From an uncultured bacterium (GTDB taxonomy: Bacteria; Planctomycetota; Phycisphaerae; Phycisphaerales; SM1A02): a stretch of 40,561 nt of DNA. The stretch spans positions 1 through 40,561 of the forward strand of contig CAIOTP010000263.1 in the NCBI GenBank assembly GCA_903861235.1. Reading direction: 5' to 3'. How positions within the stretch are numbered: position 1 is the first letter of the stretch; each line of letters begins with the position of its first letter. Shown piece after piece: positions 16,665 to 25,694 of the stretch. Position numbers and translations under genes: made by a program. The notes beneath the pieces were generated by a model. The model was not told the origin of the DNA and ran no database searches. It saw only the letters and a program-made list of their open reading frames with translations.

Positions 16665-17245
16665 GCCAGGAACTTGCGGAACGCGGGGCCCCACTCCTCG
16701 CAGGCCTTCCGCGCGGTGCCCAGTTCGGAGAGCTTCTCGCCGCCGAAGCGCTGGGTGTCCATGGTGTTCATCCACGCAGCCACCACCTTGCCGCCGTTGC
16801 CGTCGGTCGCGAAGATCTCGCAGGCCGCGTAGCCGTAGCCGCGCTTCAGCAGCTGCGTCTGCGGGGCCACGTTGAGCATGGGCTTGTTGGGCTTGATGGC
16901 GGTGATCTGACCGCGCACCACCAGGGTTCGGTCGCCCTTGCCGCCCGCCTGCTCCAGCGCGCCTTGGAGGCTCTTCTGGAAGCGGGTGCGCAGATCCTCG
17001 AACTCCTCGGGCTTCAGCTCCAGATCCACCTGGCTGGCGACGGACACGGGTTCCACCTCCACCTTGCCGAAGTCGGAGAGCTTGAAACCCTTCGCCTTGA
17101 ACTGCGAGGTGTGATCGTCACCCTTGGCCTCCATCATGGGCACGTTCCGCGGAATGAACCCCGCGCGGCCGGCGGTGGTGCCGCCGCAGGCGGCCAGGCA
17201 GAGGGCGGTCGAGACCAGCGAGACGCGAAGGGCGGTGTGCAGCAT
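16658..17245 (-). CDS. Lipoprotein of unknown function (DUF3313-like, tentative), 195 aa
   Basis: ATG at 17245 gives MLHTALRVSLVSTALCLAACGG (lipobox LAAC). The family call rests only on size and overall pattern and is weak. Confidence 0.6.
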   Translation of the reverse strand: MLHTALRVSLVSTALCLAACGGTTAGRAGFIPRNVPMMEAKGDDHTSQFKAKGFKLSDFGKVEVEPVSVASQVDLELKPEEFEDLRTRFQKSLQGALEQAGGKGDRTLVVRGQITAIKPNKPMLNVAPQTQLLKRGYGYAACEIFATDGNGGKVVAAWMNTMDTQRFGGEKLSELGTARKACEEWGPAFRKFLAE

Positions 17246-17305
17246 TCCGCAAAGGTAGCAACCACGCCACGAACGCAAGCCCGCGTGAATCGGGGGTGAG
17301 TCGAA

Positions 17306-18955
17306 TCAGCGAATGAACCGCAGCGATCCGAAGTTGGGCACCAGGTTGGGGCTTCGCCCGGAAGGATCCTGCATGTCCAGCCCGCCACCCAGCGGATAGG
17401 TGGCCGGGAAGTACACGCACCAGGCCTTGCCCACCAGCAGCTCGCCGGGCACCACGAAGGGCGCGTCGAAGTCGACGGCTTCCTTCAGGATGGGGTGCGG
17501 TCGGCCCCAGAAGCGGCTGTCACGGCTGGCGGGACTGTTGTCGCCCATGAGCGCGAAGTCGCGCGGCCCCAGGCGAGCCGGATTCTCCGGATCGCACGCG
17601 AAGGCACGACCCACCAGCAGCGGGCCGTTGGTGGGCATCTGGTTGCCCGGCAGCAGCACGCCGGGCTGGTAGTAGAGATCCCGATCGAGCCGGAGACTCC
17701 GCACCTCGAATGGCGTGCCGCCCAGCTTCCACGTGAGGGACTGGATCGACTGCGGCTTGGCGTCGTTGGGGTTCTGCACGTACCGCTGCAGGTCGATGCC
17801 GCTGGCCACCATGCGTTCCGTGGGCGAGGTGCCGTCCGGATCGAGCTCGTAGGGCATGCGGAGCACCTCCGAACCGTTCAGGAAGATCCACACCTGCTGG
17901 TCCACATGCCACACGTCGATGTCGAGCAGCTGATCAGGACTGGAGATCTTCGCCTCCTGCCGCGCCAAGGGCTTCACGCCTTCGCTCTCCGCCGGCGCCA
18001 CCGTGGCCACGACCTGCCCCTTGCGGACGTCGGCGGTGATGCGGAGGCCGCGAGTCACCAGCTCCAGCGTGGCGGCGAACGCCCCGGGATCCTTGGGCTC
18101 GAAGGTGCCGCGCACACGGATGTCCGACATGGGGAATTCGGGCACACGGCGCCATGCGTTGTAGGCGTTCCAGTCCGTGATCGGCCACGCCTTCAGGTCC
18201 AGCTCGAGCGCAGTGGCCGTGCTGTCGGGCCATGCCCACGCGCGGCCTTCGCCCAAGGTCCAGCGCGTCCGATCCGCCACCAGGGGCTTCAGGGCAGGAC
18301 CTGGCCATGGCCTTCGAAGCACCTGTTCCATGCGGCGCTGGTCGGCAGGCCGCCAGTCGCTTCGCCAGACCGGCTGCCAGACCGCTCGCTGCACCATCTC
18401 GGGCTTCCGCTGGATGCGAAGCTCCGCCGGCCTGGCTTCGAAAGCGCCGGTGAAGATGTCGCCGTCCGCGAGCACCAGGCTCTCGTTGGGCAGACCCACC
18501 AGACGCTTGATGTAGTTGGCCGAGTCGCCGATGGGAAACGGCGGATTCCGGAACACCGGCACGTCCCACCGCGACGGCGGCAGCAGCCAGGGCACGTACT
18601 TGAGGACCAGCACGCGATCGCCCGAGACGCTCTGTCGACGGAGCAGGCCCACCTCGGTCTCCCCCACCGGGTACTGCCGGGTGACCATGGGATCGATCAT
18701 GGGCACCCGCGCCGTGGGCGCCGCTCCGGTCTCGGTGAGTGGCCCGGCGTCCACCTCGTAGGCGTAGCCGGTGAAGTCGCCACGCATCCGCACGTGCTGT
18801 CCGCGCAGCGTGGGACCCATGGAGCCGGTCGGGATGAAGAACCCCTCCATGAAGAAGCCGCGGAAGATCATGGCCACCACGAAGGCGACGAAGAGCCCCT
18901 GCAGCGTGTCGATCCAGTCGCCGTCCTGGGCGGGGGCGGTCTCGGGCGTGGTCAT
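17306..18955 (-). CDS. lepB: Signal peptidase I with a very large inserted domain (549 aa)
   Basis: Catalytic Ser box IPTGSMGPTL, Lys box ANYIKRLVGLPNE and box E GDNSPASRDSRFWG. The ATG at 18955-18953 overlaps the TGA at 18954-18952 of the upstream PSP1 gene (ATGA). Confidence 0.9.
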   Translation of the reverse strand: MTTPETAPAQDGDWIDTLQGLFVAFVVAMIFRGFFMEGFFIPTGSMGPTLRGQHVRMRGDFTGYAYEVDAGPLTETGAAPTARVPMIDPMVTRQYPVGETEVGLLRRQSVSGDRVLVLKYVPWLLPPSRWDVPVFRNPPFPIGDSANYIKRLVGLPNESLVLADGDIFTGAFEARPAELRIQRKPEMVQRAVWQPVWRSDWRPADQRRMEQVLRRPWPGPALKPLVADRTRWTLGEGRAWAWPDSTATALELDLKAWPITDWNAYNAWRRVPEFPMSDIRVRGTFEPKDPGAFAATLELVTRGLRITADVRKGQVVATVAPAESEGVKPLARQEAKISSPDQLLDIDVWHVDQQVWIFLNGSEVLRMPYELDPDGTSPTERMVASGIDLQRYVQNPNDAKPQSIQSLTWKLGGTPFEVRSLRLDRDLYYQPGVLLPGNQMPTNGPLLVGRAFACDPENPARLGPRDFALMGDNSPASRDSRFWGRPHPILKEAVDFDAPFVVPGELLVGKAWCVYFPATYPLGGGLDMQDPSGRSPNLVPNFGSLRFIR

Positions 18956-19914
18956 GGCAGCAGCTCCTCCACGGGCACCGCGATCTCGCGGCGACCCTCT
19001 TCCAGTCGCACCAGCACCAGCTGCACCAGGATCTTGCCGTCGATCACGGTGCCCGGGCCTTCCTCCGTGCGGACCACGGTGCCCTTCTTCGGCAGACGCT
19101 TGGCCAGCTCCTCGTAGGTCTGGTCCTCGTAGCGCAGGCAGCACATCAATCGGCCGCAACGGCCGCTGATCTTCAGCGGATCCATGGTGGCCTTCTGCGT
19201 CTTGGCGCTCTTCATGCCCACCGGCTTGAGCACCTTGAGGAAGTTCTTGCAGCAGCAGTGCTGGCCGCACTTCTCGTAGTCGGCCACCAGCCGCGCCTCG
19301 TCGCGGGCGCCGATCTGCTGGGCCACCACCGGCGTGTCGAAGGCCTGGCGAAGCGCCTCGACCAGCGGGCCCACATCCGGCTGGGACTCGTCGGTGGCCA
19401 TCCAGTGCAGCGTGAGCATCTCGCCGCCCAGGATGGCCTCGAGTTCGACCAGCTTCACCGGAAGCGCGAAGCCACGGGCCACCTCCCGGGCGCGGTCCAG
19501 CCTGGCGCGCGTGCTGGCCTGCATCCGGCTCCAGGCCTCCAGGTCCGCGGGCTCGGCCACCCGCAGCACGCGCCCCTCCGCGGTGAACGGATAGTCCTTG
19601 CCGCCGGATCGTTCGATGTACTTCAGCAGCTCGCTGCGCGAAACGCTCTTGCCGCAGCCGCCGTTGCCGCAGGTGGTGGTGAGCATCTCGCCCAGCTCGG
19701 TGCCGCGAGGGGTGCGCACCACAAGCTTGCTGCCGCACCCCGGTTTGGCGGAACCTTCATGAGGAAACTCCCCCACCATGCGCCGCGCTCCGTAGCGGAC
19801 CACGATGCTGGTGGGCGGCTTCAGGGCCGCGTAGACCTGCTCGTCCGTCCGAGCCCCGCCACGGGTGGCGGGATCGGCCTCCTGCTCGAAGATGGGAAGC
19901 GGGACGATGGGCAC
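18952..19914 (-). CDS. PSP1 domain protein (RicT/YaaT-like), about 320 aa
   Basis: PSP1 signature ISGRCGRLMCCLRYE and the Cys cluster CGQHCCCKNF. The start is uncertain. I chose GTG 19914 because the in-frame ATGs at 19959 and 19977 would overlap the well-supported divergent start at 19958. Confidence 0.8.
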   Translation of the reverse strand: MPIVPLPIFEQEADPATRGGARTDEQVYAALKPPTSIVVRYGARRMVGEFPHEGSAKPGCGSKLVVRTPRGTELGEMLTTTCGNGGCGKSVSRSELLKYIERSGGKDYPFTAEGRVLRVAEPADLEAWSRMQASTRARLDRAREVARGFALPVKLVELEAILGGEMLTLHWMATDESQPDVGPLVEALRQAFDTPVVAQQIGARDEARLVADYEKCGQHCCCKNFLKVLKPVGMKSAKTQKATMDPLKISGRCGRLMCCLRYEDQTYEELAKRLPKKGTVVRTEEGPGTVIDGKILVQLVLVRLEEGRREIAVPVEELLP

Positions 19915-19957
19915 GCAAGGATCATCGTATCGGGCCGCCGGGCATATCTTCCGGACC

Positions 19958-22123
19958 ATGATCCAGCTGCTCAGCATCGTCGGAGTTCTCGCGATCGCCA
20001 CGCCCGCTCTCGCCCAGTCTGCGCCGCAGGCGTCGGCTTCGCAGGCTGTGGCGAGGAACTCGGGTGAGTGGCCGCAGGCCACCACGGTGGACGGTGTCAC
20101 CTACACCCTCAACCAGCCGCAGTTCACCGGACTCTCCGCGGGCACCGTGACCATGACCAGCGTGCTTCAGGTGAAGGGCGGTGACGGCGCGGCCCATGAG
20201 GGCATGGTCACCATGAACGCCTCCATGGCCACCGCGGACGTGGCCGGCATGGTGGAGCTCAACGGATTCTCGATCTCCAAGGTGGAGGGTCTGCCCGATC
20301 CAGCCGGGACGTCCACGGCGCTGGCCGGGAGCCTGGAAGGCATGGCCATCACGCTGCCCCTGTCCACGCTGACCGAGGACATCACGGTGACCGCCACCCG
20401 CAACGAGACGAAGCTCTCCACCGCGGTGCCCACGATCCTGGTGACCACGCAGCCCACGGTGCTGGTGTCGGTGAACGGACAGGAGGTGATCCGACCCGTG
20501 GGCAAGCCCGGTGACGGCACGGACGGCTGGTCCAGGACCATCAACACGCCCTTCATCCTGCTGCACCAGGAGGCTCGCGAGGGTGGCGCTCGCGTGGACC
20601 TCGTGCGGCTGGGATCGGATCGCTGGATGAAGCTGTCATCGCCGCGCCCGGTCGCCTCGCCCACCGGCATGATCGCCGTGTTCACGGCCACGCCGGCCGA
20701 TCCTCCTCCCGCCGCGGTCGTTGCGGCGCTCGGGAATCCGCCCGCCACGCCCGACGCCGCTCGCGACGACGTGGAACGCGTGGACGGCAGCACCGCCACG
20801 AATCCGCCGGCGGTCATGATCGCGACCGTGCCGGTGGTGCTGGTGGCCCTGCAGGGCGAGCCGAAGGTGGTGAACATCGGCAACGACATCGGCCTGGTCA
20901 CCAACACGGCCCAGACGGTGCTGGTCTGCAACCGGAGCCCGCGACTGTGGGTGCTGGCCAGCGGTCGCTGGTTCAGCGCCGACACCTGGACCGGCCCCTG
21001 GACCCTGGTGCCGCCCTCGAACGTGCCCAAGGCCTTCGGCTCCGTGGACACCTCGCGGCCGCGCGTGGCCGCCGCCATGGCGAGCGTGCCGGGCACCCCC
21101 GCCGCGAAGGAGGCGGTGGCCAGCACCGGACTGGTGCGCACCGTGGTGCTGCAGCGATCCAAGGCGGAGTGCGGGGTGACCTGGGACGGTGACCCGGCCT
21201 ACGCGACCGTGGAGGGCACGGACATGACCTACGCCACCAACAGCAGCCAGCCGGTGATCCGCTTCGGTGGCGCCGCCTACTGCTGCGATTCGGCGGCGTG
21301 GTTCAAGTCCACCGACGACCGGGGCCCCTGGACGCTCTGTGATGCGGTGCCCCAGGAGATCTACACCATTCCCGCGAACTGCCCCGTGTATCCGGTCACC
21401 TTCGTCCAGGTCTACGGCAGCGACGCCGACACGGTGACCTTCGGATTCACCAGCGGCTATGTGGGCACCTACACCCAGGATGGTGCGGTGGTGTTCGGCA
21501 CCGGCTACGACGGCGGCATCGGTCCGCAGACCTGGGGCACGCAGGCCACCTACGACTCCGACACCGGCACCTTCGCGCCACCGGCGGCGGACACCTGGGG
21601 TGCCTGGCAGCCGGCGGTCTGTCCCGAGGTGCTCGCTTCGGGCTGGTCAGGATGGGGCTGGTATCCGGGCTGGTCGGCGGCGTACGGCTGGGGCTGGGGT
21701 CATTGGGGTTGGAACGGCGGCTGGGACCGCTGGTGGAACAACTGGCACCCGTACGACGGCGACCGGTGGAACAACGCCTGGAACGACCGGAGCCGTGCCG
21801 ACCAGCTGCGCAACGGCGCCATGAACCGTGCAGTGAACGACCGCGGCTTCGACGAGCACGCGCTCGCCCGAGGAGGCAGCTGGAACGCCATCCAGCGCGG
21901 GATCGACGCCAAGGCCACCGACGCCCGCATGTGGAACATGGCCAACGCCAAGGGCGACTTCAACGATCCCCGCGCGGCCATGCGATCGGCCAACGGCAGC
22001 GCGGAGTTCGTGGGTGACGGGCATCGGTCGGCACCACAGGAGGGCCGTCGCCCCATGCAGCGCACGCCCAGCGGCTTCCACCAGGCGAACCACCCGGCGT
22101 CGCACGGTGGCGGTCGGCGCTAA
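19958..22123 (+). CDS. Secreted hypothetical protein with Trp/Gly-rich C-terminal region (721 aa)
   Basis: ATG 19958 gives the signal peptide MIQLLSIVGVLAIATPALAQ. A W(F)..D.(W)TGPWTL motif recurs (GRWFSADTWTGPWTLVP; AAWFKSTDDRGPWTLCD). The tail is extremely Trp-rich. Confidence 0.75.
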   Translation: MIQLLSIVGVLAIATPALAQSAPQASASQAVARNSGEWPQATTVDGVTYTLNQPQFTGLSAGTVTMTSVLQVKGGDGAAHEGMVTMNASMATADVAGMVELNGFSISKVEGLPDPAGTSTALAGSLEGMAITLPLSTLTEDITVTATRNETKLSTAVPTILVTTQPTVLVSVNGQEVIRPVGKPGDGTDGWSRTINTPFILLHQEAREGGARVDLVRLGSDRWMKLSSPRPVASPTGMIAVFTATPADPPPAAVVAALGNPPATPDAARDDVERVDGSTATNPPAVMIATVPVVLVALQGEPKVVNIGNDIGLVTNTAQTVLVCNRSPRLWVLASGRWFSADTWTGPWTLVPPSNVPKAFGSVDTSRPRVAAAMASVPGTPAAKEAVASTGLVRTVVLQRSKAECGVTWDGDPAYATVEGTDMTYATNSSQPVIRFGGAAYCCDSAAWFKSTDDRGPWTLCDAVPQEIYTIPANCPVYPVTFVQVYGSDADTVTFGFTSGYVGTYTQDGAVVFGTGYDGGIGPQTWGTQATYDSDTGTFAPPAADTWGAWQPAVCPEVLASGWSGWGWYPGWSAAYGWGWGHWGWNGGWDRWWNNWHPYDGDRWNNAWNDRSRADQLRNGAMNRAVNDRGFDEHALARGGSWNAIQRGIDAKATDARMWNMANAKGDFNDPRAAMRSANGSAEFVGDGHRSAPQEGRRPMQRTPSGFHQANHPASHGGGRR
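21593..21792 (+). repeat. Trp/Gly-rich low-complexity coding segment
   Basis: TWGAWQPAVCPEVLASGWSGWGWYPGWSAAYGWGWGHWGWNGGWDRWWNNWHPYDGDRWNNAWNDRS has about 16 Trp in about 66 residues, counted by eye. Confidence 0.85.
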
Positions 22124-22128
22124 CGCCG
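22115..22128. other. Small hairpin spanning overlapping convergent stop codons
   Basis: CGGCG-ctaa-CGCCG. The TAA (22121-22123, + gene) and the CTA (22120-22122, TAG of der) lie in the loop. Confidence 0.4.
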
Positions 22129-23697
22129 GCGAGAAGCGCGGCCCTTGGGTCGGGCGGCGGTCTTCACGGCACCGCGCCGCGCCGGCTTCTTGCCCGCCGC
22201 CTTGCGGGGCGCCGGCTTGGGCTTGACCTCGGGCTCGAAGTCGGGCTCCGGGGCGTCCTCGGGCACGCCCGCGCCGGATCCGTCAGGCCGACCTCCCGGC
22301 AGATCCTGCCAGCGACGGCGAGCGCTGAACTGCAGCTTGATCGGCACCTCGCTGAAGGGCAGTTCCTCGCGCAGGCGGTTCAGCAGGTAACGCTCGTACT
22401 GGCCCTCGAACAGCGCGGGCTTGTTCACCACCACCGCGATGGTCGGCGGATTCACCGCGATCTGGCTGACATAGAACAACTTCGCCTTGGTGCCCAGCTT
22501 GCTGCTGGGGCCGCGCTCCTGAAGGATGCGGCGGATGGCGGCGTTCACGCGGCCGGTCCCCTCGCGATGGGACGCCTGGTCGCGCAGCGAGAAGCTCATG
22601 GCCACGGCGTCGCGGACGCCCAGTCCGGACTTGGCGCTCACGAAGCAGATGGGTGCGAATTCCAGACCCGGGAACTCCTGGGTCAGGTACTCCTGATAGT
22701 CGGCCGGCTTCAGCTTGCGCTGCACCAGGTCCCACTTGTTCACCACGATCACCGTGGGCTTGAAGCCCTCGATCAGCTGGCCCGCCAGCTGCTTCTCGAT
22801 CTGGCTGCTCTTCTCGGTGGCGTCCAGGAGCAGCCAGCAGACGTCCGCGCGGGCGATGGCGTCGGTGGTGCGCGTGTTGGCGTAGAACTCGATGTCGCCG
22901 TCCCAGCTTTTGCGCTTGCGCACGCCCGCGGTGTCGATGAAGGTGACCGCGCGCTCGCCCAGCTGCAGCCGCACGTCCACGCTGTCGCGCGTGGTGCCCG
23001 CGATCTCGCTCACGATCACGCGAGGCTCGCCCGCCAGCTGGTTGATCAGGCTGCTCTTGCCCGCGTTGCGACGGCCCACGATGGCCACCCGCAGGTCGCT
23101 GCTGGGCGGGGCTTCGTCCACATCGTCGCTCTTCTCGGGCAGACGGCCACAGATGGCGTCGCGGAGGCGGTTCAGGCCGTTGCCGCTCTGGGCGCTGACG
23201 CAGATCGGCTGGCCGAAGCCCAGCTGAGCCGCGTCCTGTGCCGAGTTCTCCAGGCTGCGGTCGTCCACCTTGTTGGCCACCAGCAGCGTGCGCTTGGCGA
23301 GCCCGCGGCGACGAAGCAGCTGGGACACCGTCCGGTCCAGGGCCAGCACGCCGTCGCGGGCGTCGATGGTGAACAGGATCACGTCCGCCGCCTCGGCCGC
23401 GGCCATGATCTGGAATTCGATGTCCGGGGTCAGGCCCGCCAGGTCCTTGCCCGCGTCGTCGATGCGGTTCTTGTCGGTGGTGTAGACACCCCAGCCGCCG
23501 GTGTCGATCACCTCCACGGCACGGGCCGGGCCGCGCGTGGGCTTCACGCTGATGGCGGCGGCGATGCGGTCGCGCGTGACGCCTGGCGTGGGATCCACGA
23601 TGGAGATGCGCTTCCCTGCGAGCCTGTTGAACAGGCTGCTCTTGCCCACGTTGGGGCGACCGATGATGGCCATTCGGGGAAGCATGGAAGGGACCAT
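22120..23697 (-). CDS. der: Ribosome-associated GTPase Der/EngA with a basic C-terminal tail (about 525 aa)
   Basis: Two G domains (GRPNVGKSSLFN...NKVD and GRRNAGKSSLIN...NKWD) plus a KH-like domain. Candidate ATG starts lie at 23697, 23685 and 23673. The ORF extension to 24003 has no support. Confidence 0.9.
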   Translation of the reverse strand: MVPSMLPRMAIIGRPNVGKSSLFNRLAGKRISIVDPTPGVTRDRIAAAISVKPTRGPARAVEVIDTGGWGVYTTDKNRIDDAGKDLAGLTPDIEFQIMAAAEAADVILFTIDARDGVLALDRTVSQLLRRRGLAKRTLLVANKVDDRSLENSAQDAAQLGFGQPICVSAQSGNGLNRLRDAICGRLPEKSDDVDEAPPSSDLRVAIVGRRNAGKSSLINQLAGEPRVIVSEIAGTTRDSVDVRLQLGERAVTFIDTAGVRKRKSWDGDIEFYANTRTTDAIARADVCWLLLDATEKSSQIEKQLAGQLIEGFKPTVIVVNKWDLVQRKLKPADYQEYLTQEFPGLEFAPICFVSAKSGLGVRDAVAMSFSLRDQASHREGTGRVNAAIRRILQERGPSSKLGTKAKLFYVSQIAVNPPTIAVVVNKPALFEGQYERYLLNRLREELPFSEVPIKLQFSARRRWQDLPGGRPDGSGAGVPEDAPEPDFEPEVKPKPAPRKAAGKKPARRGAVKTAARPKGRASRRR

Positions 23698-23747
23698 GGT
23701 ACGGGGGACGGCCCGGACCGCCTCGCATGCACAACTAGACTGCCGGC

Positions 23748-24884
23748 ATGCCACGACTTCCCGCTCTGATCGCGTGCCTGCTGCTCCCGCTGCCCGCCTG
23801 CGTTTCAAGCGCTCCCACCGCGGCCCTTCTGATGGAGCAGTCGGGGGCGAACGCCGACTTCGGCATGGCGGCGTCGGCCGGAGCCCAGTTGGCCATGCAG
23901 CGCGCCGACCTGGATGCCGCCATCCGCCCGCTTCCAGCGGCGCGACTGCGACTGGTGGAGAGGGACGCCGCCAGCACTCCCGCAGCCGCCAAGGCCGCTG
24001 CACAGCAGCTGGAGCCGATCGCGCTGGTGGGCGTGGGTCTGAACGACAGCGACGAGGCCCTCGCCGCCGTGCCCGTGTTCACGCAGGCGGGCAAGCCGTT
24101 CATGATCGTGGGCGCCACCGATCCGGTGCTTCCCAACCGATGCGGACCCGGCACCTTCATGGCGGCCTTCAGCGACGAGGTGCAGGCCCAGGCGGCGGCC
24201 CGCTACGCGGCGCGGACCTTCGGTCGACGCTGCGTGATGGTCATGGACTCCAGGTACGACTACACCAGCGGACTGGCCCGGGCCTTCACGCAGGCTTTCG
24301 AGAAGCTGGGGGGTACCGTGGAGACCAGCGTCGACCTTCGCTCGCCGCGCGCCATGGCGGCGGTGGCGGCGCTCAAGGCGGAGAAGGCGCCGGACTTCGT
24401 GTTCCTGTCGGCCGAGCCCGACGGCCTTCGCATGATGCTCGGCCCGATCCGGGACGCGCTGCCCTTCGCCCCGATCATGGGAGGCGACGGACTGGACTGC
24501 TCGGTGTTCGACCAGGTGCCGCACCTGCAGTCCGAGGCGGTCTTCTTCACCACGCATGCGTGGTTCGGCAAGGGCGCCACGCCGGAGGCCGCGGCCTTCG
24601 CCCGCGCCTACCTGGAGGCCTGGGGCACGCCGCCACCCAACGGCTTCGCCGCGCTGGGGTACGACGCCATGAGCATGGTGAACACCGCGGTGAACAAGGC
24701 CAGCGTGCTAGGCCCGCCCAGTCCGAAGGACATCGCGAAGGCGATCGGCGAGATCCGCAACTACCGCGGAGCCTCGGGCGTCATCTCGTACGGCGACGGT
24801 CCGGTGCCGCGGAAGGACGTGTGGATCGTGGGCATCCGCCGTGGCGAACGCTTCCTGGCCGACCGCGTGGCGCCCTCACCCTGA
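23748..24884 (+). CDS. Periplasmic substrate-binding lipoprotein, LivK/Peripla_BP_6-like (378 aa); no permease nearby
   Basis: ATG 23748 and lipobox LPLPAC. Type-I SBP pattern (VGVGLNDSDEALAAVPVFTQAGKPFMIVGATDP...). Confidence 0.75.
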   Translation: MPRLPALIACLLLPLPACVSSAPTAALLMEQSGANADFGMAASAGAQLAMQRADLDAAIRPLPAARLRLVERDAASTPAAAKAAAQQLEPIALVGVGLNDSDEALAAVPVFTQAGKPFMIVGATDPVLPNRCGPGTFMAAFSDEVQAQAAARYAARTFGRRCVMVMDSRYDYTSGLARAFTQAFEKLGGTVETSVDLRSPRAMAAVAALKAEKAPDFVFLSAEPDGLRMMLGPIRDALPFAPIMGGDGLDCSVFDQVPHLQSEAVFFTTHAWFGKGATPEAAAFARAYLEAWGTPPPNGFAALGYDAMSMVNTAVNKASVLGPPSPKDIAKAIGEIRNYRGASGVISYGDGPVPRKDVWIVGIRRGERFLADRVAPSP

Positions 24885-25694
24885 CGCAGGTGTGCGGCAG
24901 GCTCGAAAGCCCACCGTGGCCTCGCGCGTGTCGGGCTTCGTCAGCGTTCGGCTCGCGGCCTTCGCGCAGATCGGGCAGTTGAACCAGCTGCCGCCACGGA
25001 AGGGCTGCATGCCCTCGGGACCGGCGGCCGGATCGAAGCACCACTCCCAGACGTTGCCGTGCATGTCGTGCAGGCCCCATGCGTTGGGCTTCTTCGTCCC
25101 GACCGCGTGCGTCTGGCCGTCGGACTGGTCGCGGCTCCAGCTGAACTCGCCGATGCGGGTCTCCTGATCGCCGAAGGCGAAGGCGGCGGTGCTTCCGGCG
25201 CGGCAGGCGTACTCCCATTCGGCCTCGGTGGGCAGCCGCCAGCCCGGACCGCCCAGGTCCTTCACCAGCGCGAACTGGATGCCGCCGTCGGCACGCCGCA
25301 CGACCTTCTGCAGCTCGTAGCGCGGCGACAGTCCCTCGCGCTTCGAGCGTGCGTTGCAGTACTCCATGGCGTCCCATTGCGAGACCAGCTCCACCGGACG
25401 CAGCGGCGCGTCGGCGGCGTCGACGAACTTCGACGGATTGCGGCCCAGCGTCGCCTTGAAATCCGCCTGCGTGATCTCGGTGCGAGTCATCAGGAGCGGG
25501 TGGTCGAAGGTGACCACGGTGCCTTGGCGCTGCGTGAAGTCCTGCTCCAGCTGGCCCATGCCCTGGTCCAGGGCGGCCATGGTGAATGAGCCTCTGGGCA
25601 AGGTCACCGGATCAGGACCCACGGCTGCATCCGGGCCGGGCGGAAGCGCGGCCACCAGGAGAAGCGTGGGAACCGTGAGCGGATGGGCGGACAT
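24876..25694 (-). CDS. Formylglycine-generating-enzyme (SUMF1/FGE-sulfatase) domain protein (272 aa)
   Basis: WRLPTEAEWEYACRAG, GLHDMHGNVWEWC and RGGSWFNCPIC. N-terminal hydrophobic signal-like segment. The ATG at 25694-25692 shares one base with the TGA of the upstream YHYH gene (TGATG). Confidence 0.85.
   Translation of the reverse strand: MSAHPLTVPTLLLVAALPPGPDAAVGPDPVTLPRGSFTMAALDQGMGQLEQDFTQRQGTVVTFDHPLLMTRTEITQADFKATLGRNPSKFVDAADAPLRPVELVSQWDAMEYCNARSKREGLSPRYELQKVVRRADGGIQFALVKDLGGPGWRLPTEAEWEYACRAGSTAAFAFGDQETRIGEFSWSRDQSDGQTHAVGTKKPNAWGLHDMHGNVWEWCFDPAAGPEGMQPFRGGSWFNCPICAKAASRTLTKPDTREATVGFRACRTPASG

Noticed and set aside
23698-24003. N-terminal extension of der to the ORF start at 24003
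   Set aside because: The extension is low complexity and would overlap the divergent SBP gene start at 23748. The Der G1 motif follows immediately after the ATG cluster at 23673-23697.
24820-24828. DnaA-box-like TGTGGATCG and the idea that the yidC-mnmE context marks oriC
   Set aside because: This is a single 7/9 match inside a CDS. There is no cluster of boxes, no AT-rich unwinding element and no dnaA or dnaN in the window.
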